Assembly (NCBI GenBank): GCA_030390025.1
Contig: CM059431.1
Location: forward strand, 133,302,001-133,366,000
DNA: 64,000 nt
Direction: 5' to 3'
DNA from: Squalus acanthias
Lineage: Eukaryota
Both the position numbers and the translations under genes were made by a program. The notes under the pieces are model-generated. The model worked only from the letters and a program-made list of their open reading frames with translations. It did not search any database and was not told where the DNA came from. Shown here piece by piece: positions 12,101 through 24,970 of the stretch (position 1 is the first letter of the stretch; every line of letters starts with the position of its first letter).

Positions 12101-12874
12101 AGGTACAAATTGTGAAAAAGACGTTGATTATTTTTACTCTACGGCCAGTTTACATGTTTCCTGAATGAATTCTTCTCTCATTATGTGGCTGGTCCAGTTT
12201 AAGTTTCTGGTCAATGGTGACCCTAGGATGTTGATGGTGGGGGATTCGGCGATGATAATGCCGTTGAATGTCAAGGGGCGGTGGTTAGACTCTTGCTTGT
12301 TGGAGACAGTCATTGCCTGGCACTTGTGTGGTGCGATTGTTACTTGTCACTTATCAGCCCAAGCCTGAATGTCATCCAGGTCTTGCTGCATTCGGGCATG
12401 GACTACTTCATTATCTGAGGATTTGCAAATGGAACTGAACACTGTGCAATCATCAGCAAATATCCCCACTTCTGACCTTATGATGGAGGGAAGGTCATTG
12501 ATGAAGCAGCTGAAGATGGCTGGGCCTAGGACACTGTCCTGATGAACCCCTGCGGCGATGTCCTGGGGTTGAGATAATTGACCTCCAACAACAACAATCT
12601 GTGCTAGGTATGACTCCAGCCAGTGGACAGTTTCCCCCGATTCCCAGTGACTTCAGTTTTACTAGGGCTCTTTGGTGTCACACCCGGTCAAATGCTGCCT
12701 TGATGTCAAGGGCAGTCACTCTCATCTCACCTCTGGAATTCAGCTCATTTGTCCATGCTTGGACCAAGGCTGTATTGAGGTCTGGAGCCAAGTGGTTCTG
12801 GCGGAACCCAAACTGAGCGTCAGTGAGCAGGTTGTTGGTGAGAAAGTGCCGCTTGATAGCACTGTTGACGACAC

Positions 12875-14220
12875 AGTGGATGCACTGGTTGTCATTTTCC
12901 AAAATTCCAAAGATTCAAGAACGGTTCCTGCGGATTGGAAGGTAGAAAATGTAACCTCACTATTTAAGAGAGGGAGAGCGAAAACGGGGAACTACAGACC
13001 AGTTAGCCTGACATCAGTAGCAGGGAAAATGCTACAATCTATTATTAAGGACGTGGTAACAGGGCAATTAGAAAATAATAATAGGATTGGGCAGAGTTAA
13101 CAAGGATTTATGAAAGGGAAATCGTGTTTGACAAATCTGTTAAGAGATTTTATGAGGTTGTATCTAGCAGAATAGATAAGGGGGAACCAGTGGATGTGGT
13201 GTATTTGGATTTTCAGAAGGCATTCGATACGGTGCCACACAAGAGGTTATTAAACAAAATTAGGGCTCATGGGATTGGGGATAATATACTAGCATGGATT
13301 GAGGATTGGTTAATGGACAGAAAACAGAGAGTAGGAATAAACTGGCCATTTTCGGGTTAGCAGGCTGTAACTAGTGGGGCACCGCAAGGATCAGTGCTTG
13401 GGCCTCAGCTATTCACAATCTACATCAATGATTTGGATGAGGGGACCAAATGTAATGTATCCAAGTTTGCTGATGATACAAAGATGGGTGGGAATGTAAG
13501 TTGTGAGGAGGATGCTAGGAGGCTTCAAGGGGATGTGGACAGGCTAAGTGAGTGGGCAAGAACATGGCAAATGGAATATAATGTGGAGAAATGTGAAGTT
13601 ATCCACTTTGGTAGGAAAAATAGAAAAGCAGAGTATTTTTTAAATGGTGAGAGATTGGGAAATGATGGTGTTCAGAGGGACCTGGGGTGTCCTTGTACAC
13701 GAATCACTGAAAGTTAACATGCAGGTACAGCAAGCAATTAGGAAAGCAAATGTTATGTTGGCCTTTATTACAAGAGGATTTGAATATAAGAGTAAAGACG
13801 TCTTACTGAAATTATATTGGGCCCTGGTGAGACCACACCTGGAGTATTGTGTACAGTTTTGGTCTCCTTACCTAAGGAAGGATATACTTGACATAGAGGG
13901 AGTGCAATGAAGGTTCACCAGACTGGTTCCTGGGATAGGGGGATTGTCCTATGAGGACAGATTGAGTAGACTCGGCCTATATTCGCTAGAGTTTAGAAGA
14001 ATGAGAGGTGATCTCATTGAAACATACAAAATTCTTACAGGGCTTGACAGGGTAGATGCAGGGAGGATGTTTCCCCTGGCTGGGGAGTCTAGAACCAGGG
14101 GTCATAGTCTCAGAATAAGGGGTTGGCCATTTAGGACTGAGATGAGAAGAAATTTCTTCACTCAGAGGGTGGTGAATCTTTGGAATTCTCTACCCCAGAG
14201 GGCTGTGGAGGCTCAGTCGT
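12875..14220 (+). mobile_element. CR1 LINE RT fragment lacking its 3' tail
   Basis: ORFs 13124-13360, 13394-13717, 13644-13910 and 13944-14228. Confidence 0.9.
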
Positions 14221-14582
14221 ATGGCTAAAGGCGCGGCTAGTTCTGGAGCACAAGTCTTCAGCATGACAGCCGGGATGTTGTCGGGGCCCATAGCCTTTGC
14301 TGTATCCAGTGCGCTCAGCTGTTTCTTGATATCACGTGGAGTGAATCGAATTGGCTGTAGACAGGCTTCTGTGATGGTCAGGACCTCAGGAGGAGGCCGA
14401 GATGGATCATCTGGCTGAAGATGGTTGCAAACGCTTCAGCTTTGTCTTTTGCACTCGCGTGCTGGGCTCCGCCATCACTGAGGATGGGGATATTCATGGA
14501 GCCTCCTCTTCCCGTTAGTTGTTTAATTGTTTACCACCACTCACGACTGGATGTGGCAGGATTGCAGAGCTTTGATCTGATC

Positions 14583-16606
14583 TGAGGGAGGTAGAGGAGC
14601 AAATCTGCAGGGAAATCGCAGAGATATGCAAGAGCTATAGAGTGGTGATATTGGGGGACTTTAATTACCCAAATATCGATTGGGATAATGCTAGGGTAAG
14701 GGGAAAGGAGGGGGAGGAATTTCTGAAATGTGTTCAGGAGAATTTCCTTGAACAATATGTTCTTGGTCCAACTAGGAAGGAGGCATTGCTGGATCTGGTG
14801 CTGGGGAATGAGGTGGGCCAGGTCGACCAAGTGTCTGTGGGAGAACACTTGGGTACGAGTGATCATCGTATCATAAGATTTAGATTAGCAATGAACAATC
14901 TAGAGTGGAACTTCTAAACTGGAATAGGGCTAACTTCAATAGGATGCGAAAGGATCTAGCCAGGATAAAATGGAACCAAAGACAGGAAAAAATTGTAACG
15001 GAACAAAGTGTGTACTAGAAAGGCTGGGTATGCTTAGAGTGGACAAATCGCCTGGTCCAGATGGCTTGCATCCCAGGTTGCTAAGGGAATTGGGGGAGGA
15101 GACAGCGGAAGGGCTTGGCATAATTTTCAATCTTCCCTAGATGCAGGGGAGGTGCCTGAGGATTGGAAAGTGGCAAATGTGACACCATTGTTCAAGAAAG
15201 GGTGTAAGGACAATCCTAGTAACTACAGGCCGGTCAGTTTAACATCAGTGGTTGGTAAGGTTTTAGAAACAATAATCAAGGAAAAAATTAACGGGCACTT
15301 GGAGAGGTTTAAGCTAATTAAGGAGAGCCAACACGGGTTTGTAAAAGGTAGATCATGTATGACTAATCTAATTGAATTTTTTGATGAAGTAACAGAGAGG
15401 ATTGATGAAGGGAATGCAATGGATGTTGTCCACATGGATTTTCGGAAGGCATTTGACAAAGTACCACATAGAAGGCTGGTTAACAAAATTGAGGCTCATG
15501 GAATAGGTGGGTCAGTGGCAGCTTGGAAAAGGAATTGGCTTAAGGACAGAAAACAGCGAGTTGTGGTAAATGGCTGTTTTTCAGACTGGAGGATGGTAGA
15601 CAGTGGTGTTCCCCAAGGGTCAGTGCTGGGGCCATTGCTTTTTTTGATATATATAAATGACCTGGATATTGGAATAGGGTAGAATTTCTAAATTTGCCGA
15701 TGACACCAAACTTGGGGGTGTGCCAAAGAGTGATGGTGATACCAATCGACTGCAACAGGACATAGAAAGGCTAGCAGAATGGGCAGACAAGTGGCAGATA
15801 GAATTTAATACAGAGAAGTGTGAGGTGATGCATTTTGGCAGGAGGAACAGGAAGAGGCAATATACACTTAATGGCACAGTTTTAAAAAGTGTGCAGGGAC
15901 AGAGGGACCTGGGAGTTAATGTGCATCGGTCCCTGAAGGTGGCGGGACATATTGAGAGAGTGGTTAACAAAGTAAATGGGATCTTGAGCTTCATAAATAG
16001 AGGTACTGAGTACAAAAGTAGAGAAGTTATGCTGAACCTTTATAAAGCGCTGGTCAGGCCACAACTGGAGTATTGCATCCAGTTCTGGTCACCACACTTT
16101 AGGATTGATGTGAAGGCCCTTGCGAGGCTGCAGAGGAGATTTATCAGAATGGTTCCAGGGATGGAGGATCCTAGCTACAAGGACAGGTTGGAGAAGCTGG
16201 ATTTGTTTTCATTAAAGCAAAGGAGGTTGAGGGGTGATTTGATAGAGGTGTACAAGATTATCACGGTTTGGATAGGTTAGACGGGGAAAGGCTGTTCCCA
16301 CTAGTTGATGGCACAAGGACTAGGGGACACAGATTTAAGGTTTCGGGCAAGAGATACAGGGGCGATGTGAGGAAAAACGTTTTTGCACAGCGAGTGGTGG
16401 TGAGCTGGAATTCGCTGCCAACGGAAGTGGTGGAAGCGGAGACACTCAATGTTTTCAAGGGGAGACTTTATAGGCACTTGAGGGAAATACACTTGCAGGG
16501 CTATGCGGATAGAGTGGGGGAATGGGACTGACTGGATTGCTCTAGAGAGCCGGCACAGACTCCATGGGCCGAATGGCCTCCTTCTGTGCCATTATGACTC
16601 TATGAC
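14583..16606 (+). mobile_element. CR1 LINE with internal deletion near 15008
   Basis: Endonuclease end (14642-14917) jumps to the RT region (15152-16531). Tail TATGACTCTATGAC. Confidence 0.9.
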
Positions 16607-18516
16607 CCGTTGATTGTGGGATCGCTTGGCTTTGTCTATAGCATGCTGCTTCCGCTGTTTAGCATTCGTGTAGTTCAGTGTTGCAGCTGCCCCAGGTTGG
16701 CACTTGATTTTTAGGTACACCTGGTGCTGCTCCTGGCATGCTCTTCTGCACTTCTCATTGAACCAGGGTTGGTCCCCTGGCTTGATGGTAATGGCTTGAG
16801 TGAGGAATATGCCAGGCCATGAGGTTACAGATTGTGGTGGAATATAATTCTGCTGCTGCTGATGGCCCACAGCGCCTCATGGATGCCCAGTTTTGAGCTG
16901 CTAGATCTGTTCTGAATCTATCCCATTTAGCACGGTGGTAGTGCCACATAACACGATGGAGGGTGTCCTCAGTGTGAAGACGGGACTTTGTCTCCAGAAG
17001 GACTGTGCGGTGGTCACTGCTACCAATGATGTCATGGACAGATGCATCTGTGACAGGTAGACTGGTGAGGACAAGGTCAAGTATGTTTTTCTCTCGTGCT
17101 CGTTCTCTCACCACCTGCCGCAGGCCCAGTCTGGCAGCTATGTCCTTCAGGACTTGGCCAGCTCGGTCAGTAGTGGTGGTACCGAGCCATTCTTGGTGAT
17201 GGTCATTGAAGTCCCCCACCCAGAGTACATTCTGTGCCCTTGCTACTCGCAGTGTTTCTTCCAAGTGGTGTCCAACATGGAGGAGTACTGATTGATCAGC
17301 TGAGGGAGGGCGGTCGGTGGTAATCAGTAGGAGGTTTCCTTGCCCATGCTTGACCTGAAGCCATGAGTCTTCATGGGGTCCGGAGTCAATGTTGAGAACT
17401 CCCAGGGCCACTCCTTCCTGACTGTGTACCACTGTGCCGCCATCCCTGATGGGTCTGTCCTGCTGGTGAGACAGGACATACCCAGGGATGGTGATGGAGG
17501 AGTCTGGGACATTAGCTGAAAGGTATGATTCTGTGAGTATGACTATGTCAAATGGTTGCTTGACTCGTCTGCAGGACAGCTCTCCCAATTTTGCACAAGC
17601 CCCCAGATGTTAGTGAGGGGAATTTGCAGGATCGAGTGGGCTGGGTGTGCCGTTTTCGTGTCCGAAGAGTGCGTGGGGTGGGCAGGGAGGGGAGGAGGGA
17701 GGGTACAGAGTACATCACAATCAGAAGAGTCGACAGTGTGTTCTGGAATAGAGAAGATTGCAGAGGTAGGCTAACGTGAGACCATGGAGAAATTTGAAGA
17801 CATGGTTGAGGATTCTGATGAGCTGGGGGATAGGGAGCCAGTAGACAATAGCGAGGACAGTGATGATGCGTGCATTGGACTTTATGGAGAATAGAATATG
17901 AGCCCTAGTGGAGTTGAAATTTGTATAAGGTGGACATGAGGATGCGACAAGATAACTGTTGAAAGAAAAACGAGCCTCAAGATGACAAAGATGTTGAGCT
18001 TATCTGCAGAGGTGAGGGTGAGGTAGGGACATTACCGGGCAGAAGTGGAAATAAGTGGTCTTGGTGATGGACCAGCTATCAGTTTTGGAGCTCAGATTAG
18101 GGTGAAGCAGGGCATTGAGATTGTGCAACCACAGCTTCAGTCTGAGTGAATTACAGAAGAGGGTGATGGAATCAGCATCTGACACACCAAATTTCTGACA
18201 GGAGCCAGACAGAATGTTTCAGTCTTGCTGATGTTGAGCTGAAGGAGGCAAATGGTATGTTACTTTCAGTTAGATAGGACTTATTTCCCATTTCTATCTT
18301 CTAGTGATAATTTTCAATTTATGCTCCCTGGTTACTGATTTGCCAACGAATCGGAACAATCTCTCACTGTTTACCCTCTCAAAAACTTCTAGAATTTTGA
18401 AAACCTCGATTAGATCCCCGCTTTAACCTTCTCTGTTCCAGTAAACATTCCCACCGCCAATTTTCAGAGGCTTTCTTCATAAGTATAATCTCTAATTCCT
18501 GGCATCACTTTCTAGA

Positions 18517-19120
18517 ATCATACAGCACAGGAGGCCATTCGGCCCATTGTGCCTGTGCCGGATCATTGGTAGAATTACCAATTAGTCCCACTCCCCTGCT
18601 CTTTCCCCATATTCCTGGAAAATTTTCCTTTTAAGTATTTATCCAATTCCCTTTTGAAAGTTACTATTAATCTGCTTCCACCGCCCTTTCCGGCAGTGCA
18701 TGCCAGATCACAACAAATTGCTGCGTAAAAAAAAGTTCTCCTCATCTCACCTCTGGTTCTTTTGCCAATGACCTTGAATCTGTGCCCTCTGGTTACCGAC
18801 CCTTCTGCTAGTGGAAACAGTTTCTCCCCATGTACTCTATCAAAACCTCTCTAAATTTTGAACACCTCTATTAAATCACCCCTTAACCCTCTGCTCTAAG
18901 GAGAACAAATCGAGGTCTTCTACTCTCTCCACATAACTGAAGTCCCTCAATCCCTGGTACCATTCTAGTAAATATCCTCTGCACCCACTCCAAGGCCTTG
19001 ACATCCTTCCTAAAGTATGGTGCCCAGAATTGGACACAGTACTCCAGCTGAGGCCTAACCAATGATTTATAAAGGTTTAGCATAACTTCCTTGTTTTTGT
19101 ACTCTATGCCTCTATTTATG
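18517..19120 (-). mobile_element. CR1 LINE 3' fragment
   Basis: ORF 18883-19083 (LVRPQLEYCVQFWAP) and CR1 3' UTR on the minus strand. Confidence 0.85.
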
Positions 19121-19429
19121 GCTACGTTTATTTACACCACAAGTGGGTTGGACAAGATTTCTGATTGGTCCCCTTGGAGAACAAGACACAATCAACTGTT
19201 TGTCCGGAATGTGCAATTTGATCCTGCCTGCTGGAGAGTAATTCAAAGTCTCAGCAATGTGTAATTTGATCCAGTCATTCTCACACGCAGGCTCCCCGAG
19301 CCAAGCTGCTCCAGTGCAGCCACGACAGTGACATCTACCTGTTAATATGTGGAGGGACAGCTAGAAAAGCAAGATAACTCTCATATGGCCACACACGGCC
19401 TGCCCTGTCAACCTCCTCCCAATCATCAG

Positions 19430-19497
19430 TTTAATGATAAAATGCTGGAAATGCTCAGCAAATCAGGCAGCATCTGTGGAGAGAGAAGCAGAGTTAA
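19430..19497 (-). mobile_element. Penelope pLTR 3' fragment, truncated just before the hammerhead
   Basis: Reverse complement matches 7647-7715 (ttaactctg...gatgctgcctga...ctgctgag.atttccagcattt). Confidence 0.7.
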
Positions 19498-19967
19498 GAG
19501 GCTGAATTTTCCAGGGCGGTAGTGGGCGAAATCAGTGTCAGGACGGGTGGGAAAGTTGTTATTTTTGACAGCGGGTTGGAACCGACGAGGTGCCGGGCGG
19601 CCATTTTTGTTGCTGGCTGCCTGCCAACACCTGCCTTCGTTCCCGTCCCCGACCTCCTGACCCGCCCCCCCGCGGAGTGCCGGCTGCGCTCCATGAGCCC
19701 GGCACTTTTCTTGAGTGCCGGGCTCTTTTGCCAGCATTCCGATCCCCAGTGGCCCAGCTGGGCCCTGGGTCGCACTGCGCAAGGCCCCTCCCCTTTAAGG
19801 CGGCCTGCGATATTCCCTCGCAGCGCCCCAAGAGGGAGGCAGGGCGCTTCCAGTAGCGCCCCGCTTCCCTCTTGGGGCACTACCACTCAATTTCGGCCGC
19901 AGGGGCGCTAATTTTTCTGGAGCGCTAAAAGCCCGCCCCAAAGGGGGCGCGACTCAATTTCTCCCCC
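19498..19967. mobile_element. GC-rich MITE (family B), possibly chimeric
   Basis: Ends GAGGCTGAATTTT / CAATTTCTCCCCC. About 19585-19967 is the reverse complement of about 33940-34350. Confidence 0.75.
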
Positions 19968-20229
19968 TTAAGGTTTTGGGAAAGAGATACAGGGGGGATG
20001 TGAGGGAAAAACTTTTTTACGCAGCGATGGGGAGGGCCTGGAACTCGCTGCCGACGGAAGTGGTGGAAGCGGACACACTCAATGTTTTCAAGGGGAGACT
20101 GATAGGCACTTGAGGGAAATAAACTTGCAGGGCTACGGGGATAGAGCGGGGGAATGGGACTGAATGGATTGCTCTGCAGAGAGCTGGCACGGACTCGATG
20201 GGCCGAATGGCCTCCTTCTGTGCCGTTAT
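19968..20229 (+). mobile_element. CR1 3' end, tail interrupted by MITE family A
   Basis: Close match to 16335-16600. The tail resumes as tatgactctat at about 21084. Confidence 0.85.
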
Positions 20230-21082
20230 GACCACAATTTTGCCGGCGCTCAGGTGGTGGGTTTGGAGCCGGGACATCCGGCAAAATTGCATAGATTGAC
20301 AGCGGGTCGGAAACCCGCTGTCAACCTGCCTCCAATCAATCTTCCTGGATGTCGGGTCCCCGATTTGCGCATGGACCCGACACCTAGCGGCGGGAAGAGG
20401 ATTATAGCCACTTAACTGCTTGTTAACGGGTTGTTAACAGGCTTTTTCCAATTTTGACACTTATATTACGGGCTTCCCGACGTCCGGTCACCACGCCAGG
20501 TAAGTGTGGCGTGTTGTGAGTCTGCTGTAATGTTTATGCATTGATGACAGCTGCAGAAGTGGTGTGAAGGATCCAATGCTGCACTGGTGAGTTTCAGAGG
20601 TAAGGAAATGTTGGGAAATTCATTTTTAATGCATTTAGACTTTTCTGTAGGTAACAAGTTTTGAACTGTGTGTGTAGTCCCACCTCATTGGGAGAAGCTC
20701 TCTCACCAGTGACAGATCGCTTCTGTAACCTCACCTGCAGCTGCCATCTGTTCTAGCCTAAGGAGGGCGTCACTGGAGAGCCTGGGTGCAAGAGCTCACC
20801 TTTGTACAGTGATTGTCAGTGTCTGCTGTCAAACACTGAAAAATCAACTGTTAAAAAAAATTGTGCGTGGTCCCTTTAAGGAAACTGGCAGATGACGCGT
20901 CATCAAATGACGTCACCTGACACTGGCTTCCTCTTAATTAGCCGGCAAGCCCGCAGGGCGGGCTTAACAAGGCCAATTTATGTAAAATTACATCTGTGGG
21001 CCGGATGTAGTTGGGGGCGGGACTGGAACCCGGAAGGCAGCTGACCCGCTCCCAAGCCGCCTTGAAGCATAAAATCGCAGCC
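20230..21082. mobile_element. MITE family A, second copy
   Basis: Collinear with 8279-9138. TIRs GACCACAATTTT / AAAATCGCAGCC. Confidence 0.85.
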
Positions 21083-22992
21083 ATATGACTCTATATTCTT
21101 CCTTTCAAAATGCATCACTTCACACTTGTCTGCATTAAATTTTATCTGCCATGTGTCTGCCCATTTCACCAGTCTGTCTATGTCCTCCTGAAGTCTGCTA
21201 CTAACCTCGTCACTGTTTACTACATTTTAGTGAATCTTTGCTGCATCTTTTCAATATAAAAAACCTTCCTATAATGGGATGTCCAGAACTACATGCAATA
21301 CTCCAACTGTGTCTTACTCCATGTCTTGTATAAATTCAACATCACTTCCTTGCTTTTAAATTCAATGCTCCTATGTATAAAACCCACAGTCCCATTTTTA
21401 TTTTATGGCCTTTTCCACTTATCACTCCAAAATTTAAATATCTGTAAATAAAAACAACAAATGCTATAATACACAGCAGGTTAATCAGTCCCTGTATACA
21501 GAAAACATGGGTTACACACTCAAAATGTCAATAATCCATCATCAGAACTGACATGATCTGGTGCCGAGTTACCCCTTCTGCTAACTTGTCTAAGTCCTCC
21601 TGAAATTGTCCTCACAGGTTGCCAATTCCTACGTCCACTTTTACAATGGAAACTGCGCAATGTAAACTTGTCACGCTGTAATTACACCCTCCCGCCTGAA
21701 CACTGGAATTATTTGTTGAAAAACGTGACAAGGAAGTGCACGCAGAAATAGCACTAATTAATCTGCTGTAGTGTTACACACGGAGAAGAGACTAAATGCA
21801 CACTTCAAATGAGCAGGGTTGGGGTGGGGGGCACACTTAGACCAGGACAGAGCGAGGACTGCGGTACCAGAGGGCAGAAGAGGCCAGAGCAGGAAGATAC
21901 AACAGAGTTAGAGGCTGGGGAAGGAAGTGAAATGTGGAGGAAGTTTAGAAGCCTCGAAGGGGAAAAGGAGAAGGTTGAGAAGTGTTAGAGGTCAGGGTGA
22001 GGGGAAGGTTGAGCAGGCCTCTGTGATGGAAGCAGTGACACCAATATGGGAAAGGCCATGTAGGATAGGGTGGAAGGGGAGGAGGAAGGAGGACAGAATA
22101 GGGAGTGATGGAGCAGGGAGAAGGAGGTGAGAACTAGAAAAGCAAGGGAAGAAGGAGAGGGGATGGGGAGAGGAAGGGGGTAGGAAAGAGGGCTGATGAG
22201 GGGAAAGGAATGTGGTGAAGGAGAGGGAAGTGGGGGGAGTGGCAGAGTCACTGGCCTATGAGGACTAAAAGTAAAAAAAAAGAAAACTTACAGGAAAAAA
22301 CTTAAATTATTAATATTCAATGTGAGAAACAAAAATCTTCAGATTAAAACTTGAAATTTAAAAGCAACTTTCTTGCTAGAGAAAAAGAAAATCAAGATGG
22401 CAGCTCAGAAGTCTGTCGAGAAATAATTGAGTACAGAAATCGGTTTCAAAGTGACCAGCGATTGTGCACCCAGCCTGACCACAAATAGGAAAAAGTTGAA
22501 ACAAAATGTACGACAACAGGAAGTCAAATGGTGCAGACAGCAAGTGTATGCAGATGTGATTCTTCATATATTACTGATATAGGTGACAACTATTTCCCAT
22601 GTTCTTTCCTAGGTTCCAAAGGCTTTTACTTTAATTAGAAGTTTTTCATGTGCAAGCTTTGAAGAGCTTTCTGAAAATCCAACAGTATCCGATTTAACCT
22701 TAACATTCTCAAAGATGCCAGAGGATTTTCATGCAGAATCTTCTTTTTCTAAATTATTTCTACCTGTTTCTTTTTATTATTGCGACACAGCTACTCCTCC
22801 AGCCTAACCCTTAGAATAATTTCCATTACTTTCCCTGTTTTTGGTTAATGGGCCTGTAATTACCTGGATTCATAGTTTTTTGTTTTAAAAACAGATTTAC
22901 TTGCCTCCTGTCCTGTGGAACCTTTCTAAATTACAACAGTGACTACACTTCAAAAGTACTTCATTGGTTGTAAAGCGCTATGGGACGTCCTG

Positions 22993-24290
22993 GATTTCAA
23001 AAGGGAGCGTCTTGCTTGACCAACCTTATTGAATTATTTGAAGAGGTAACAGAGAGAGTAGTCAATGGTAATGCAGTAGATGTAATTTATCTGGACTTTC
23101 AAAAGGCCTTCGATAAGGTACCCTATAATAGACTGATGAACAAGGTCAGAGAATGCGGAGTCAGGGGACAAGTAGCAGAATGGATTGCTGGCTGGCTTCA
23201 GGACAGAAAGCAGAGAGTAGGAGTAAAGGGTAGCTATTCACAGTGGCAGAAGGTGGGTAGTGGTGTTCCACAAGGATCAGTGCTGGGACCACTGCAGTTC
23301 ACAATTTACATTAACGATTTAGACTTAGGAATCAAAAACACAATTTCTAAAATTGCAGATGACACCAAATTGGGGGGGGGGGGGGGGGGGGAAGAGAGAG
23401 AGATAGTCAATACTGAGGAGGACTGCAACAAGTTACAGGAGGACATTAATAAACTTGCAGAATGGACATATAATTGGCAAATGAAGTTCAACACAGATAA
23501 ATGTGAGGTATTACATTTTGGTAGGAAGAATAGGGAGGTCACTTATCACTTGGAGGGTGCGAGTCTAGGTGGGATAGAGGAACAAAGGGATCTCGGAGTA
23601 CAAATACACAAATCACTAAAAGTTGCGACACAGGTTAGCAAGGCCATTCAAAAAAAGCAAACCAAGCACTCTGGTTTATTTCTAGAGGGATAGAATTGAA
23701 AGTAGGGAAGTTATGCTAAACCTGTATCGAACCTTGGTTAGACCACATTTAGGAGTACTGCGTACAGTTCTGGTCGCCATATTATAAAAAGGATATAGAG
23801 GCACTGGAGAGGGTGCAGAGAAGATTTACAAGGATGATATCAGAAATGCGAAGGTACACATATCAGGAAAGAATGAACAGGCTGGGTCTCTTTTCTCTTG
23901 AAAAAAGAAGGCTGAGGGGTGACCTAATAGAGGTCTTTAAAATTATGAAAGGTTTTGATAGAGTAGATAGAGAGAGAATGTTGCCACTTGTGGGGAAGAG
24001 CATAACTAGAGGCCATCAATATAAGATAGTCACCAAGAAATCCAATAGTGAATTCAGAAGAAACTTCTTTACCCAAAGAGTGGTGAGAATGTGGAACTCG
24101 CTACCACAGGCAGTGGTTGAAGCGAATAGTATAGATGCATTTAAGGGGAGGCTAGACAAGCATATGAGGGAAAAGGGAATAGAGGGTTATGCTGATAGAT
24201 TTAGATGAGGGAAAGACGGGAGGAGGCTCGTGTGAAGCATGGACTGGTTGGGCCGAATGGCTGCTTCTGTGCCGTATATCCTATGTAGTT
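22993..24290 (+). mobile_element. CR1 LINE RT to 3' end
   Basis: ORFs 22980-23693 and 23813-24208, followed by a 3' UTR and tail. Confidence 0.9.
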
Positions 24291-24874
24291 CTGAGGTCTT
24301 GAAAGATGTTATATAAATACAAGCCTTTCTTTTTTTCCTTTCTCACTAATGCTCAATGATTCCTTCATGGAAAATGCCACTGACCCTCAAATCTCCTCCT
24401 AAGTCTCCCTCAGAACCCAAGGATGTAGAACATCTTGTTCAGGGTAACTGCTATTGTCACTGTGTCACACTGACTTCAAAATCTTCTAAGATACCAGGTG
24501 TACTACAGAAACTGAATAGTGTGTTAGTGTTATTTTCTTTGGTGAATACTTCCAGAAAATATTCATTTAATATTTTAACTTGTATACTTTTTCTGCATTA
24601 TTTCACCTGTTTCAATAAATTCATATGTTCCTCCACCAGTCAGCTTTGTATACCTAGTTTTCCTCTTTTTTTCCCATTTTAATTTTAATTCATTTTGGGG
24701 ATCACCTCTTTAGTTTACACTCGAATTTTCTATGGTTTATGGTTATTCAGTGTAATAGTCTTGTCTTCAACTCTTTCTCAACTGAGGCACTGTTCAGCAA
24801 TACACCACCAGCTCATTTCTTTTACTCCATCAGTCATTCCTTTGAAGTTGGCCTTTTTAAAGTCACAGTTGAAT

Positions 24875-24970
24875 AGCTCACTGTCCAGACTTGCACATGA
24901 AGGGCCACGTGGACAAGGTACTGGAGGGTGACTGACACCCATGATGCTGTACTCCAGTAGGAGTCAGTGA
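24875..24970 (+). mobile_element. LF-SINE-like 3' fragment
   Basis: ctcactgtccagacttgcacatgaag..ggccac.tggacaaggtactggaggg...ggagtcag resembles the LF-SINE 3' half as I recall it, and the copy at 43290-43654. Confidence 0.5.

Larger units (their letters stand above)
12180..17670 (-). mobile_element. Second LINE family (CR1/L2-group, family B) in pieces 12180-12873, 14222-14582 and 16607-17670, split by two CR1 insertions
   Basis: APE domain in ORF 16755-17588 (ILTESYL, GDFN, SSDH) and RT motifs QFGFRQNH, ALDIKAAFDRV. The pieces are collinear. Confidence 0.85.

Noticed and set aside
10230..12180. Unique AT-rich stretch as a possible next ABCC4 exon or conserved element
   Set aside because: I found no splice-bounded MRP4-like peptide, and conservation cannot be judged without alignments.
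19426..19911. Overlapping GC-rich ORFs (also 33927-34476, 37016-37646, 41771-42247)
   Set aside because: They lie inside GC-rich MITEs, are open in many frames and show no recognisable domain.
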